A DNA stretch of 54,721 nucleotides from the IMG/VR virus record IMGVR_UViG_3300014962_000394, positions 1-54,721 of that record. One strand, 5' to 3'. Position 1 is the stretch's first letter, and each line of letters opens with the position of its first letter. Shown here one piece after another: positions 32,454-42,721 of this stretch. The position numbers and the translations under genes were made by a program. The notes under the pieces were generated by a model, which saw nothing but the letters and a program-made list of their open reading frames with translations, searched no databases and was not told the DNA's origin. The stretch is from a virus. Lineage: Duplodnaviria; Caudoviricetes.

Positions 32454-34340
32454 TCATTGTATAATATTACCATTAACATCATATAAATATGGAGTTCCTG
32501 GTGGAGCGGTTGTTGATGATACATTTGGAACCCATGTAAAATGCCATCTTTCTCCTATCGCCTCACCCCAATACCAACCCCATTTCCATCCATTAAGCAT
32601 AACCCATTGATGTCCTAACGTTATTGTACTATTGTATGGAGAAACTCCTGTTCCACTAATATCAGCTGCTCTACCATTACCGTGATTGGATTCTCCTGGA
32701 GTTGCTGCTAATTCTCCGCCTCTATAATTGTCATCATACCATGATGCCCATTGTGTTCTACCTCTATTTAAACCACGGGCTCTTAATTCATAATCTTCAC
32801 GGCCTATTCCAGAATTTCCACGTGTTCCAATTGGTCTATAACCAGAATTTAATGTTATTGTTATATTTTCCGCCTTTGCAGCTTGTTGCATTAATAAAAA
32901 TGATTCCGCAGCACTTTTTTCTAAAAAATCATTTCCATCAACTCTAACAAGTAATGAAAAATTTAATTGTCCATTTGATTGTCCATTTGGTCTACTTGAT
33001 GTTGGTCTTAATACTTTGCCAGATTCAACTATACCAACATACGTAACATTTCCATATCTTTGAGACCTTGATGTTACTAATTTATTGTTTGCACCAACTA
33101 GACCCAATCCATTAACTAATGTTGTAAATTTTCTGCCAGTTGAAGGACCTCCTGGTGTTGGTGGTGATATTTGAGTTGGTGTTTTTTCCAAATACTCTGT
33201 TATCTGTCCTTTATACTTTGCTCGTAATTTTTCTAATTCAGCGGGTGTTAATGCGGTAACGCTTATTCCCGCACCTGAACTATATGTTTCCTTACTGGTT
33301 ACTGTTATTGTTACATTAAATTTTATATTTTGTGCAATCCATGACGAAGACATTTGTGCACCTTCATGGTGTCCTGTTGCAGTAAATACATTATTTGGTG
33401 GTAATTTTGCTGCTATTTGTTTTTTATACACAGTATCTGCTAATTCAGAAGTTTTATCTATACCTCCGGCTTGAATATAATATACTTTTCCACTTGCTAT
33501 TGCTAAATGTTCATCACAAGATGCTTGACTACCAATAGCAGGACCAACTATATGTACCAAATTCCAGTTTCCTATTGGATGTCTTGATAGTACACCAGAA
33601 TACATTGAACCTGCTCCACCCGAAAAACCAACAAGTATTTTTTTAGTAAAAGTAATTCCTATTTCTTTTGCTACTTGGACACATTCATTCCATCCATTAC
33701 CAGAATTATTATGTCTTTTACAAACATATACATGAAAATTTGTCAAATTACCAAATCCATTTTTCTTCCACATATACCCTTCTCTGTTGGTTTCATCACC
33801 GGAATACCATAGCACACCATTTTGTTTTGGTTCTATTGGAATACCACCAACAACAAATACTAGAGGAGCGTTTAAATATGTTTTTGAGGGTCTTAATGTA
33901 CCATGTGTTCTTTTTATTATTGGGTTTCCTGAATATGGTTTTCCATCTGCTTTATATGTTTCTGGTATACCAGTGTATGTTACAGATACACCGCCACCTC
34001 CTCCTCCTCCAATACCAATAGATTGACCCCTTCGGTATATTATTGTTCTTTTATTTAATATTGGTGAAGCTTTTGATAATGTTGCTTTTTGTAAACTAAC
34101 TTTTGTAAAGTTTTTGTTTACGTCTTTACTTGCAATTATTCTATCAGCTACATCTTGTTCCCAAGGAAAAAAATTTCTATAACTTCTAGTTGTAATATTT
34201 TCTTTGTTAGATATTATTATATTTTCAACACCTTCATCTATTATTACTGGAGATGGGTTTGTATTTTTATTTTTTCCAGATAAATTTTGAATATCATCCG
34301 AATTTGCATTTACATTTTCTTTTTTAATTTTATCAATCAT
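32454..34340 (-). CDS. Virion-associated hydrolase: alpha/beta-hydrolase-like domain + M15 (VanY-like) peptidase
   Basis: GFSGG elbow; SGYR...PGESNHGNGRAADI...WGW...ERWH. Confidence 0.75.
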   Translation of the reverse strand: MIDKIKKENVNANSDDIQNLSGKNKNTNPSPVIIDEGVENIIISNKENITTRSYRNFFPWEQDVADRIIASKDVNKNFTKVSLQKATLSKASPILNKRTIIYRRGQSIGIGGGGGGGVSVTYTGIPETYKADGKPYSGNPIIKRTHGTLRPSKTYLNAPLVFVVGGIPIEPKQNGVLWYSGDETNREGYMWKKNGFGNLTNFHVYVCKRHNNSGNGWNECVQVAKEIGITFTKKILVGFSGGAGSMYSGVLSRHPIGNWNLVHIVGPAIGSQASCDEHLAIASGKVYYIQAGGIDKTSELADTVYKKQIAAKLPPNNVFTATGHHEGAQMSSSWIAQNIKFNVTITVTSKETYSSGAGISVTALTPAELEKLRAKYKGQITEYLEKTPTQISPPTPGGPSTGRKFTTLVNGLGLVGANNKLVTSRSQRYGNVTYVGIVESGKVLRPTSSRPNGQSNGQLNFSLLVRVDGNDFLEKSAAESFLLMQQAAKAENITITLNSGYRPIGTRGNSGIGREDYELRARGLNRGRTQWASWYDDNYRGGELAATPGESNHGNGRAADISGTGVSPYNSTITLGHQWVMLNGWKWGWYWGEAIGERWHFTWVPNVSSTTAPPGTPYLYDVNGNIIQ

Positions 34341-34351
34341 AATTTAATATA

Positions 34352-35572
34352 TTATTTTGATGTGTTTTTATTTAAAAATACAAGTTGAGATTTTAATGTA
34401 TCTATTCTATCGGATAATCCTTGCATTTGTGCTTTTAATGATCTAAATGCTCCACTATTTATTGGAATACCGGATGGACCAACACTTGTTGTTACTGTTA
34501 AATTTGCTATTTGATTTAACATATCTCCAACTAAAACACATAAATCATTTAACCAAACTGCAGTTGTATCTCCTAATAATGCAGGTTCGTTTGCATTTAA
34601 TCCTAAATTTATTCTTTCCGATTCCATTTCTATTAATTTTTTTGAATCTAGAGAAAATATTTTTTCCGTTGAAAACCCAATACCTTCCTTACTATATCCT
34701 ATTATTTCTTGTTTTTTGGCATTCAATATTATTCTATCTGATGATACAACTACTTGATGTCCTGCATTATTATTTAAAACGTGTAAATCAACACCCTTAT
34801 CTGTTATTGATTTTGTATAATCAGATGCTGGTGTAAACGATATTTGTTGTCCTGATGTTAGCCATATGCATGAATCATCAGTATCTATATTTTCCAATAT
34901 AAATTCATTATATCTTTTTTTTGGTGGATTTGTTCCGTTTGATATTATCATTATTGGATTTCCGGTTGAACCAAAACCACTTTTCCAACTTGGACTTTTT
35001 GGATAAGATCGTCTTTCATCAACGGTTGAACCGAATCGGATAGACTGTCCCCATCTTCCCTCTAATATTAAATCACCAGAATACGGTTGTATTGGATAAA
35101 CGTCAAGACGTTCTGGAAATGTAGGATCTATTTTATTGGATAGTTGTTTTCTATTTTGCGTTTTATTTGGTATTCCATCGCGGGTTTGATCTCTATTAAC
35201 ATTATTATTCGATGGTGTGTTTATTATACCAAATTCTGTTGCACCGGGAAGGCCGTTATGATGGACTGAACTTTGTATTGATACCGGATTTGTGTAGTAA
35301 TATTCTTGTGATGTCATTGCTGCATTATTGTAAGCACTGGGTGCTTTTAATAATAAAACAATTTCACCAGATATTGGTATATTTTTTATATTAGCATCTA
35401 AAGCTCTTGCAGAAACAACATTTTGTGGTGATTGTGAACCACCAGCACCTATTAATTTACAAGTTATAGAATACAATCTCTCTTTACTAATACCAACATA
35501 ATCAAAATCAATAACCTCTGCAGGTACTATTTCATATTCACTACCATTTATTATCGTCTTTTGTGGATTCAT
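34352..35572 (-). CDS. Baseplate central spike/hub protein (gp5/gpV-like)
   Basis: P.SGEIVLL, YY...., GDLILEGRWGQSIRFGS, SDRIILNAK, EPALLGD, T.VGPSG.P. Confidence 0.65.
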   Translation of the reverse strand: MNPQKTIINGSEYEIVPAEVIDFDYVGISKERLYSITCKLIGAGGSQSPQNVVSARALDANIKNIPISGEIVLLLKAPSAYNNAAMTSQEYYYTNPVSIQSSVHHNGLPGATEFGIINTPSNNNVNRDQTRDGIPNKTQNRKQLSNKIDPTFPERLDVYPIQPYSGDLILEGRWGQSIRFGSTVDERRSYPKSPSWKSGFGSTGNPIMIISNGTNPPKKRYNEFILENIDTDDSCIWLTSGQQISFTPASDYTKSITDKGVDLHVLNNNAGHQVVVSSDRIILNAKKQEIIGYSKEGIGFSTEKIFSLDSKKLIEMESERINLGLNANEPALLGDTTAVWLNDLCVLVGDMLNQIANLTVTTSVGPSGIPINSGAFRSLKAQMQGLSDRIDTLKSQLVFLNKNTSK

Positions 35573-35924
35573 TGTTTTTATTCTCCTCTACTTCTTTTTG
35601 TATTTCTTCAATACCCTTTAGAAGCGCTTCTTTTTCTTCATCTGTTAAAAATGATGCAGATTCTTCACCTTTAGCACCAAGAGAACGTTGAATCACAGCT
35701 GCTAATTTCACAAGATGTTCGTCATTTTTTATGGAAACTTCCATAAAATCTTTAATTACAGGTATTAATACTGCAGCATCGGATATGTTATTTATCAATG
35801 GTTTTAAATCAGCGATAAGCAAATTAATTTGTCTATCCTTTTTTTTCTGATTATCGTAAATATCTTTTAAAAGATCAGAAAATTTTTTACTACCAAATAT
35901 GTCATCGTTAAAATTCATACTCAT
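35541..35924 (-). CDS. Hypothetical helical protein
   Basis: ORF in operon context. Confidence 0.6.
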   Translation of the reverse strand: MSMNFNDDIFGSKKFSDLLKDIYDNQKKKDRQINLLIADLKPLINNISDAAVLIPVIKDFMEVSIKNDEHLVKLAAVIQRSLGAKGEESASFLTDEEKEALLKGIEEIQKEVEENKNNESTKDDNKW

Positions 35925-35930
35925 AAATAG

Positions 35931-36665
35931 TTAGTTCTTAATAATATTTTGTATATCAAACCAAGTTAATTTTTCAATGTCTATATTACTTCTATACATT
36001 TTGAATAATTCCATGTATATTTTTTTTATCTTATTTAATACATTAGTTATATTTTGTGAATTTACACCTGTTCTTTCTCTTATTAGAATATAAATTGCCT
36101 TTTTATTGTAATTTTCTATATTGTCTCTTGATTTAAATAAATAAAGTATTGTATCAGCAACTTGAATATCTCTCTGTTTTGTAAAAATTGTTGATAAATA
36201 TTTTTCAAATACTTTTGAAAAAATATCCATAAAATCACTTTTTTCTTCTACAAAAGAATTTCTTATTACTTCATTTATTACAATTCTTTCGGAATCTATT
36301 GCATCTATTTCTTTACTTCTTTTAAAATGATGATAATTTTTATTATTTTCTGCAATTAAATAGTTTTTAGCAACAATAGAAAAATAAGAAAATGCTTTAC
36401 CGTTTTCAGCTTTATACTTATTTATTTTTTCGTGAAGAAATGTTATCACTTCATGTTTAACATCTTCATGTGATACATCAAAATTGTAAAATTTAAATCT
36501 ATGTATCATAATTTCAGCTAATTTGTAAAATGCAGGGTGTATTTTTTTTGTATAAATTATATTTTTTTGTATTTCATCTTCAAGTTCATTATACAAAATT
36601 ATTGCATTTTCTGTTTCTTTTGTAAAGTAGATATTTGGTTTTTTTGGACTTCTTTTTTGTTTCAT
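35931..36665 (-). CDS. Phage sigma factor-like protein (gp55-like, putative late sigma)
   Basis: YFT...E.AI..YN; DVKHE.I.FL.EK..KY....GKAFSYFSIVAKNYLI (sigma region 2-like); C-terminal HTH-like segment. Confidence 0.65.
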   Translation of the reverse strand: MKQKRSPKKPNIYFTKETENAIILYNELEDEIQKNIIYTKKIHPAFYKLAEIMIHRFKFYNFDVSHEDVKHEVITFLHEKINKYKAENGKAFSYFSIVAKNYLIAENNKNYHHFKRSKEIDAIDSERIVINEVIRNSFVEEKSDFMDIFSKVFEKYLSTIFTKQRDIQVADTILYLFKSRDNIENYNKKAIYILIRERTGVNSQNITNVLNKIKKIYMELFKMYRSNIDIEKLTWFDIQNIIKN

Positions 36666-37039
36666 AAATAATAGTCCTTTTGTTGATTTTCAAATTTTGC
36701 ATCAAATTTTTGTTTTTCTAAAACAGAACTTCTTTGGTCATCCAAAGGTGTTTCGCCAAAATAAATTACAATATCGTTTACAATTTCTTTCATTTCTTTA
36801 AAAAAATATCCAGTTTCATCATCTGCTTCAAAAGCACCAATCCTATCTAATTGTCTTAAATAGGATCTTTGTGACATTATTCTATTTTTCAATTCCGTTA
36901 AAAACTTTTCATTTTCCAATAGTGTATCAACACTTTCTTCTGACATTGTTTCTAACTCTTCATACTTTTTTGTCAAGTTTATATTAACAAAAATTGAGAC
37001 TGATAATAAAATAGATAAAATAATTATTGTTATTACCAT
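36662..37039 (-). CDS. Membrane-anchored hypothetical protein
   Basis: N-terminal hydrophobic helix. Confidence 0.6.
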   Translation of the reverse strand: MVITIIILSILLSVSIFVNINLTKKYEELETMSEESVDTLLENEKFLTELKNRIMSQRSYLRQLDRIGAFEADDETGYFFKEMKEIVNDIVIYFGETPLDDQRSSVLEKQKFDAKFENQQKDYYL

Positions 37040-37040
37040 A

Positions 37041-37700
37041 TTAACCTCTTGTGTGTTTTGGAAGAATTACTGTATCTATTACTCCAAGATTTAATGCATG
37101 AGTTGGTGTGATATAAAAATCTTTAATAGTTACATCTTTCCAAAATTCTTTATCTTTATTTGAATTTGATTTTAGTATTTCCAAAAGTATTTCTTCTAAT
37201 TTTTCCATATGTTGAACGTTTGCTTTCATATCAGAAGATTTACCGTAAATGTCTGAACTTATTTCATGGAACATTATTGTACTATATTGTGAAGCAGCAC
37301 GGACACCTGTTCCTGCACAAAGTATAAGAGCAGCGGCAGACATTGCTCTTCCTCTACAAATTGTATTGACTTTAACATCAAGACTCTGCATATAATCAAT
37401 AATACCGAGTGCCTCGTATACAGAACCTCCATCTGAATTAATAATTAAATTGATAGGATCGTTTTTATGTTCATCCTTTCTCATGTGCATTATTGCACGA
37501 ATACGAGTAATTATATCATATAAACTCCCATCCATTATTTCACCAAACAATAAAATAGAAGAAGCATTTACATCAATACCATAATCCATTTGTGTTGTTG
37601 CTTCTTTCCATCTAACCGGTATATCATTTTCAGCATCTTTTGTTTTTGCAACATAAGTTTCTTCTTTCATAACATCATCGCCATCATAAAAATCGTTCAT
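37041..37700 (-). CDS. clpP: ClpP-like protease subunit
   Basis: INSDGGSV, GRAMSAAALIL (catalytic Ser), IMFHE (catalytic His), A...G.ID. Confidence 0.85.
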   Translation of the reverse strand: MNDFYDGDDVMKEETYVAKTKDAENDIPVRWKEATTQMDYGIDVNASSILLFGEIMDGSLYDIITRIRAIMHMRKDEHKNDPINLIINSDGGSVYEALGIIDYMQSLDVKVNTICRGRAMSAAALILCAGTGVRAASQYSTIMFHEISSDIYGKSSDMKANVQHMEKLEEILLEILKSNSNKDKEFWKDVTIKDFYITPTHALNLGVIDTVILPKHTRG

Positions 37701-37715
37701 AACAGAACTCCTATA

Positions 37716-38852
37716 TTAATTTATTCTTCCTCGTCTATATCCGCTTATCCAAGGACTTTCATCATAAAATGTTTGTTCTTCATTTGGTTTATTTTCATCT
37801 AATATACGATTTTCTTTCGTATTTGGCAAGAACTTTTTTCTTTTTTTTATTTTTTTTGGTTTATTATATGTTGTAACAGCATCTGTTATCTGTGATTCAA
37901 CATTTTCATAAATTTTATTTAAATTATTTTCTTCAATATTCTGTTCTAAATTTTCTATTTCTATTGGTTTTTCATCTTCTAAATTTTCTATTTCTATTGG
38001 TTTTTCATTTTCTAAATTTTCTTCTTTATTATTTATTTCAATTTCTTTTTCTTCTAATTCTTTATGACGAAGGTGATTGGCTGCAATAACTAAACTAACT
38101 GCAAGTGGATCAAATACAGATACAAGAACTAATATAAACCAGTTTACTATAATATCCATTGGTGCACCGGTTAATCTACTCAAATATAATAGAGGTCCTA
38201 TTTCAGATGTAAATGTTGAATTTTCCAAACCCAATTTTTCTTGTTCCAATTTTGCAATACTATCAGATAAACCAATAGATTTTTGATTTAGTTCCGATAT
38301 TTCTTTATTTAGTGTTTGTGTTGAATTATCAACTGATTGTATATTTCTCTGTAATCCTTTTGTTCCTTTCTTGGAAGATAATTGCGTATTTAGAGAATTT
38401 TCTTGGGTAAGTCTTAATTGGTCATACGATGATATTCTTTGTGATTTTTGTTTAACAAGAGTATCAATTTGAGATTTTTGTTCAAGGTAAATATCTTTTT
38501 TCTTATCAATCAATACAATTTTATTTTGAGTTTCATATATTGATTTTGCAGTTTCTTGATAAGAATTGGTGAGATACCCATAGACACCAACAGATGTTAG
38601 TATCATAAGGATAACTGCGGAAGTCATAAGGTATATTTTAAATGCAGTTTTAAGAGTCTTGAAATGGTCATGTAGGAAAGTTATTACTACTAATTTTGAA
38701 AATTCAAGCATTGCTGCCATTCCCACTATTGACCAAGAACCACCAGAAAATAATTTAGATATACCGTAAACAGAATAGTAACCCGAAAAAACAGCTAATC
38801 CGATAGCACAAAACCAGATTAAATTTTTAAGAGAAATCAATTTGTTTAACAT
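37716..38852 (-). CDS. Membrane protein with coiled coil
   Basis: Three N-terminal TM segments, coiled coil, further TM (VFDPLAV). Confidence 0.7.
   Translation of the reverse strand: MLNKLISLKNLIWFCAIGLAVFSGYYSVYGISKLFSGGSWSIVGMAAMLEFSKLVVITFLHDHFKTLKTAFKIYLMTSAVILMILTSVGVYGYLTNSYQETAKSIYETQNKIVLIDKKKDIYLEQKSQIDTLVKQKSQRISSYDQLRLTQENSLNTQLSSKKGTKGLQRNIQSVDNSTQTLNKEISELNQKSIGLSDSIAKLEQEKLGLENSTFTSEIGPLLYLSRLTGAPMDIIVNWFILVLVSVFDPLAVSLVIAANHLRHKELEEKEIEINNKEENLENEKPIEIENLEDEKPIEIENLEQNIEENNLNKIYENVESQITDAVTTYNKPKKIKKRKKFLPNTKENRILDENKPNEEQTFYDESPWISGYRRGRIN
37944..38020. repeat. 33-bp in-frame tandem repeat (about 2.3 copies; EKPIEIENLE)
   Basis: ttctaaattttctatttctattggtttttcat occurs twice in tandem. 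Confidence 0.85.
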
Positions 38853-38911
38853 TTTAGTCTCACAATATTCATAAATACATAATAATAAATATGAATATTT
38901 GAGATAATTTA

Positions 38912-39817
38912 CTAAATTCCGTATTCAGTTAGATATTGTTTAAGAGCTAATTCTTTAGCTTTACATTCTAACATAATATCAACATCATGTCCGTATGTGT
39001 TAATTTTTTCTAATATGTAATCGGCGTGTGCTTGTGGTTTTTCTTTAGGATTGTTTGTTTCTTTCAAACGTGATGAAGAATAATGAACAACGGGTGTAAT
39101 AGCGTCTGGCCATGTTGAAATGGCAAGTTCAAGTGCTTGTTGTTCGGATAAGTCACCTGTGCAAAATTGGTGGTGATGATAGTCGAATACAATAGGAATA
39201 CCCACACATTCGTGAATACGCATAAGGTCTTTAACCGAATACATACTGGCTTTGTCATCATTTTCAATAGTAAGTCTTGAACGAACACTATCTGATAATA
39301 GATGAAAGTTACGGCACCAACGGTCAAGTGAGGCAGTTTTGTCACCATAAACACCGTTACAATGTATATTGATTTTGTTGTAAGGCGTGTGTGACAACCC
39401 CATCATATCGAATACCTTACCATGTAATTCCAAATCAACTATGGTATTCTTTACAACATTTTCATTTGGTGAACATAGAACATTGAACGGACCAGGATGG
39501 CATGATAAACGAACACCATGATAGTTTGCATAATCACCAATTCTTTTTAGAACAGTTTTGATTTCTGCAATATCTGGTAATGTTTCCAAGTCATATTCAG
39601 AACCCCAAGGAAATACATTTGATGATGTTCGGAAGAAATAGATACCATTTTCAACATTCCATTTAAGTATGGTTTCCATGTCACGAACATTTAGGAGAGC
39701 GAGTTCGGAACAATAATTGATACCTTTTTGAAGAAAGGTTTTCTTAATCATTGAACGATTGGTGGTAATCTTATCTTTGGATAAGGTCATATTGATACAG
39801 GCATAGCCGAGTTTCAT
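38912..39817 (-). CDS. uvsE: UV damage endonuclease
   Basis: LGYACIN, HPGPF..L.S, IENDD, FDYHHH, AHAD, DIMLECKAKELAL. Confidence 0.92.
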   Translation of the reverse strand: MKLGYACINMTLSKDKITTNRSMIKKTFLQKGINYCSELALLNVRDMETILKWNVENGIYFFRTSSNVFPWGSEYDLETLPDIAEIKTVLKRIGDYANYHGVRLSCHPGPFNVLCSPNENVVKNTIVDLELHGKVFDMMGLSHTPYNKINIHCNGVYGDKTASLDRWCRNFHLLSDSVRSRLTIENDDKASMYSVKDLMRIHECVGIPIVFDYHHHQFCTGDLSEQQALELAISTWPDAITPVVHYSSSRLKETNNPKEKPQAHADYILEKINTYGHDVDIMLECKAKELALKQYLTEYGI

Positions 39818-39861
39818 AGTAGTTGGCGTTAATAATTAATACTTAATGATTTATTTTAATA

Positions 39862-39892
39862 CAATATACAAAATTTTTGGTTAAGATCAAAA
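39862..39892 (-). promoter_or_regulatory. Promoter for uvsE
   Basis: Minus strand TTTTGATCT...TATATTG, a variant of the early consensus. Confidence 0.55.
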
Positions 39893-39955
39893 TAAAAAAT
39901 CCACCGGTTGGCATTTCTGCATAAACACGGTGGATATACCCATTCCGAACAATGG
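39893..39955 (-). terminator. Two-hairpin element ending in an intrinsic terminator with a 21-nt loop
   Basis: CCATT/AATGG hairpin, then ATCCACCG-N21-CGGTGGAT-TTTTT. Confidence 0.65.
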
Positions 39956-39956
39956 A

Positions 39957-40226
39957 TCACTTTTGTTTTGGTTTTCTTGTTTTTTTGGTAGTTTGTTCTA
40001 CTTTTTTTGTTGGTTTTTTTACTTTTGGTTTAGGTTTTTTTATCACTACATCTTCTTGTGTTTTTTCAACTTTATTTGTATAGTTTTTTAACTCATTGAT
40101 TATTATTTGTTTGTCATCAATAGTTTGTTTTAACTCTTTTACAGATTTTCTATAAAAATAAATAATAGATGTGATTACCAAAAAACCACAGACAAAAGAA
40201 CCAAAAATAATGTTCGTATCTGTCAT
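39957..40226 (-). CDS. Small membrane protein with Lys-rich tail
   Basis: TM helix; GGAG upstream. Confidence 0.65.
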   Translation of the reverse strand: MTDTNIIFGSFVCGFLVITSIIYFYRKSVKELKQTIDDKQIIINELKNYTNKVEKTQEDVVIKKPKPKVKKPTKKVEQTTKKTRKPKQK

Positions 40227-40234
40227 AACAACTC

Positions 40235-40744
40235 CTAATGTGTTATTGAAAAAATATATTTTGTATTGCTAACCTTTCTTATGTTTACAATATCATATGA
40301 ATTTATTATATTATTTATTACATACAAAATGCTAAAATTGTAATCTTTTCTATATTTTTCTACATCCATTGTAAAAATTGTTTTGTAAGCAAATTGAAAA
40401 CATTTTTCAATGACTGTTGATATAAATATGTATTGTTTTTCTTCATAAATTGGTTTATCAAAAATTCCTGTAATTAATGCATATTCAAATACATGATATT
40501 CATTGTCTATAAAATCTTGCATTGTTCTTTTTTGGAAAGCATATTTGTCATATTCCGAATACTTTTCAATATATTCATCAATTTTATCCGATGGATCAAT
40601 ACCTAAATAAAAAACATCCGATGTACTATTTAATTTTTCTAATAAGTTTAATTCATTATCACATGAACCAAAATGTATTATTCTATCATCATTTTGTAAA
40701 CCAAACGATTTTAATTCTTTTATCAGATAATCAGAATATTCCAT
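40235..40744 (-). CDS. Degenerate class I methyltransferase-like protein
   Basis: IIHFGS...YLGID Rossmann-like pattern. Confidence 0.45.
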   Translation of the reverse strand: MEYSDYLIKELKSFGLQNDDRIIHFGSCDNELNLLEKLNSTSDVFYLGIDPSDKIDEYIEKYSEYDKYAFQKRTMQDFIDNEYHVFEYALITGIFDKPIYEEKQYIFISTVIEKCFQFAYKTIFTMDVEKYRKDYNFSILYVINNIINSYDIVNIRKVSNTKYIFSITH

Positions 40745-40747
40745 GTC

Positions 40748-41413
40748 TTACCTCCAATTTAATGCCTCTGAAATATTTGGAAATTGATTAACGAAAATTG
40801 ATTTAACATCTTCTGCTATTTCTCTATGTTCCTTTTGAGTATCTGCTGAACATCGTAATTCAATATAGTGAATCCAACTACGAACAGATCCCTTCATATA
40901 CATAGTTGTTTCCGTTGATAGTGGTAGAACATCACGAGCAGTTTCTCTTGAAATTCCTTGTTCTATTAATTTTTGATATAACATTTTTGAATTTGCAATA
41001 TGTTGTTCTACGTCTCTTTGAAGTGTATAATTTTCGATAATATCTTCACTGCTCTGTCTGTTTGTTTTTCCTTGTTTTCTTAATTGAATTGGCTGTATTT
41101 CTGTAGCAGTTGAATATCTTTGTGAAAATTCTTGAAAAGAAAATGACTTGTGACGAAGTATTTGAGCGGCTATACTTCTACGAGTAACTATCTCAAATGT
41201 CACATCAACAAATTCAAATGGAGACCAGTGTTTATGTTTAATCAAATAGTTTATCAATTTAGGAGCAGTTTCCATATTCATTTGATTGGATGGATTACTT
41301 ACTCTTGCAATATAAACTATCAATTCTTCCGGTGAGATTATCTTAAAGTTACCATTAAAATTCCCTTCCATGAGTGAGGTTGGTTCTGTAAACGAAACTA
41401 ATTTTACGGACAT
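40748..41413 (-). CDS. thyX: Flavin-dependent thymidylate synthase
   Basis: H.SPFE, QILRHKSFSFQEFSQRY, E.AR.VLP, LR...TQ.EHR. Confidence 0.95.
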   Translation of the reverse strand: MSVKLVSFTEPTSLMEGNFNGNFKIISPEELIVYIARVSNPSNQMNMETAPKLINYLIKHKHWSPFEFVDVTFEIVTRRSIAAQILRHKSFSFQEFSQRYSTATEIQPIQLRKQGKTNRQSSEDIIENYTLQRDVEQHIANSKMLYQKLIEQGISRETARDVLPLSTETTMYMKGSVRSWIHYIELRCSADTQKEHREIAEDVKSIFVNQFPNISEALNWR

Positions 41414-41416
41414 AAC

Positions 41417-41878
41417 TTATTTTTTACCTTTATTTATTTTTATCAGTTTTATATTGATACCATTTTTATCTTCGGTTATGACAACAGTGTGTTCACCTGA
41501 ATATAGAATCAATGTCAGCCACCTTAAAAATTTGTTTATATCGGTTGCTATTGGATCATTTAAATCAAATGAATCTAATTCTTCACCAATACTATCATCT
41601 TTTTTTAAATCATCATTTTTGTTTTTATTTTTTTTAGGTAACATTGGATCGTCTTCTTCTTCATCTTCATACTCAGAATCATTTTCATCTGATTTGTTTT
41701 CTCTTCCCTTTTTTATATTTTTTATTATTTCTTCTAAAATGTAATAATCCATAAATTGATTAAAACGATCTAAAAAATTTTTAAGTTGGTCTTTGCTCAA
41801 CTTTTCATCTTTTACACCAGTTAATTCTACTTCAAAGTAGTTTAACATAGATTTTAATTTTTTTTCATGTTTTGTCAT
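41417..41878 (-). CDS. Hypothetical acidic protein
   Basis: ORF in operon. Confidence 0.6.
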   Translation of the reverse strand: MTKHEKKLKSMLNYFEVELTGVKDEKLSKDQLKNFLDRFNQFMDYYILEEIIKNIKKGRENKSDENDSEYEDEEEDDPMLPKKNKNKNDDLKKDDSIGEELDSFDLNDPIATDINKFLRWLTLILYSGEHTVVITEDKNGINIKLIKINKGKK

Positions 41879-42110
41879 TTTTATTTTGTTTTAATTTTTC
41901 TATAACTTCGATGTATTCAAAACTACCGTTTTTTATTTGATCAAATGAGTAGTTTTTAATTTCTTTACATATTTTATCATTTTTACAAAAAGCATTTGCA
42001 ACTTCTATCATATTATCTTTCATGTGTAAATTAGATGACTTTGTGTAATCTATTCTAGTTGCAATCCACATTGCAACAAATCCTACTATAAACGCTGATA
42101 ATATTTCCAA
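41865..42110 (-). CDS. Hypothetical protein with N-terminal TM
   Basis: GGAG upstream of TTG start. Confidence 0.55.
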   Translation of the reverse strand: MEILSAFIVGFVAMWIATRIDYTKSSNLHMKDNMIEVANAFCKNDKICKEIKNYSFDQIKNGSFEYIEVIEKLKQNKNDKT

Positions 42111-42143
42111 TTTTATCTCCTGAATTTTAAAATAAGTATTTTA

Positions 42144-42187
42144 ATACGAGAGAAAAATGGCCGGTATGTAAAAAAAATCTCTCGTAT
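42144..42187. other. Inverted repeat with 24-nt loop
   Basis: ATACGAGAGA-N24-TCTCTCGTAT, intergenic. Confidence 0.7.
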
Positions 42188-42202
42188 ATGATATAATAAA
42201 TA

Positions 42203-42721
42203 TTATACCTTGTAACCCCGTTCTTTTAGGTCTTTATAGACCATCTTTGAAACTTTATTCCAATAGTGCCGAGTAGCACCTTTTTTATGTCCATTAGGAC
42301 CTCCATTCCACTTTCGTGCAATTGTCTCCATCTCACTCATTGTGATGGTTTCCCAGTTAATGTTGGGATTGTAGAAATTCTGAAAAATCCAAAACATCTG
42401 TTCAGACTTTTCAGGATTTAGCCTATCTTGTAAAGTAAAAGTTTTATTTATACCTTTCATTTTACAGATTCGGTTCACTTCCTTCACCATTACTGGTAAA
42501 ATTTGTACTATACCAAGTGAACCATCCTTTGATCGTGCGGTTGTATTGCCTTTTGACTCAACCCAAACGATAGATGAATATAACACTTTCTTCATTGTTG
42601 CCGATTTACTCTCAGCACTTTTATTAACAGTAGTAGTCATCGCTACAATTGGAAAACAAAAGCCAATTAAGAACATTGCTATAACCCGTTTACATTTGTT
42701 AGTCATATCTCTTGTCCTCAT
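42203..42721 (-). CDS. Lysozyme-fold muramidase/transglycosylase with signal or SAR-like N-terminus
   Basis: IVWVESKG, GIVQI, ARKWNGGP.G...T..YW.KV; hydrophobic N-terminus. Confidence 0.75.
   Translation of the reverse strand: MRTRDMTNKCKRVIAMFLIGFCFPIVAMTTTVNKSAESKSATMKKVLYSSIVWVESKGNTTARSKDGSLGIVQILPVMVKEVNRICKMKGINKTFTLQDRLNPEKSEQMFWIFQNFYNPNINWETITMSEMETIARKWNGGPNGHKKGATRHYWNKVSKMVYKDLKERGYKV

Noticed and set aside
11386-35572. Bacterial eCIS/tailocin locus
   Set aside because: Embedded among phage replication genes, a tRNA and early promoters; no bacterial housekeeping context
6789-41413. Introns, inteins or a diversity-generating retroelement
   Set aside because: No split genes, intein motifs, reverse transcriptase or template/variable repeat pair seen
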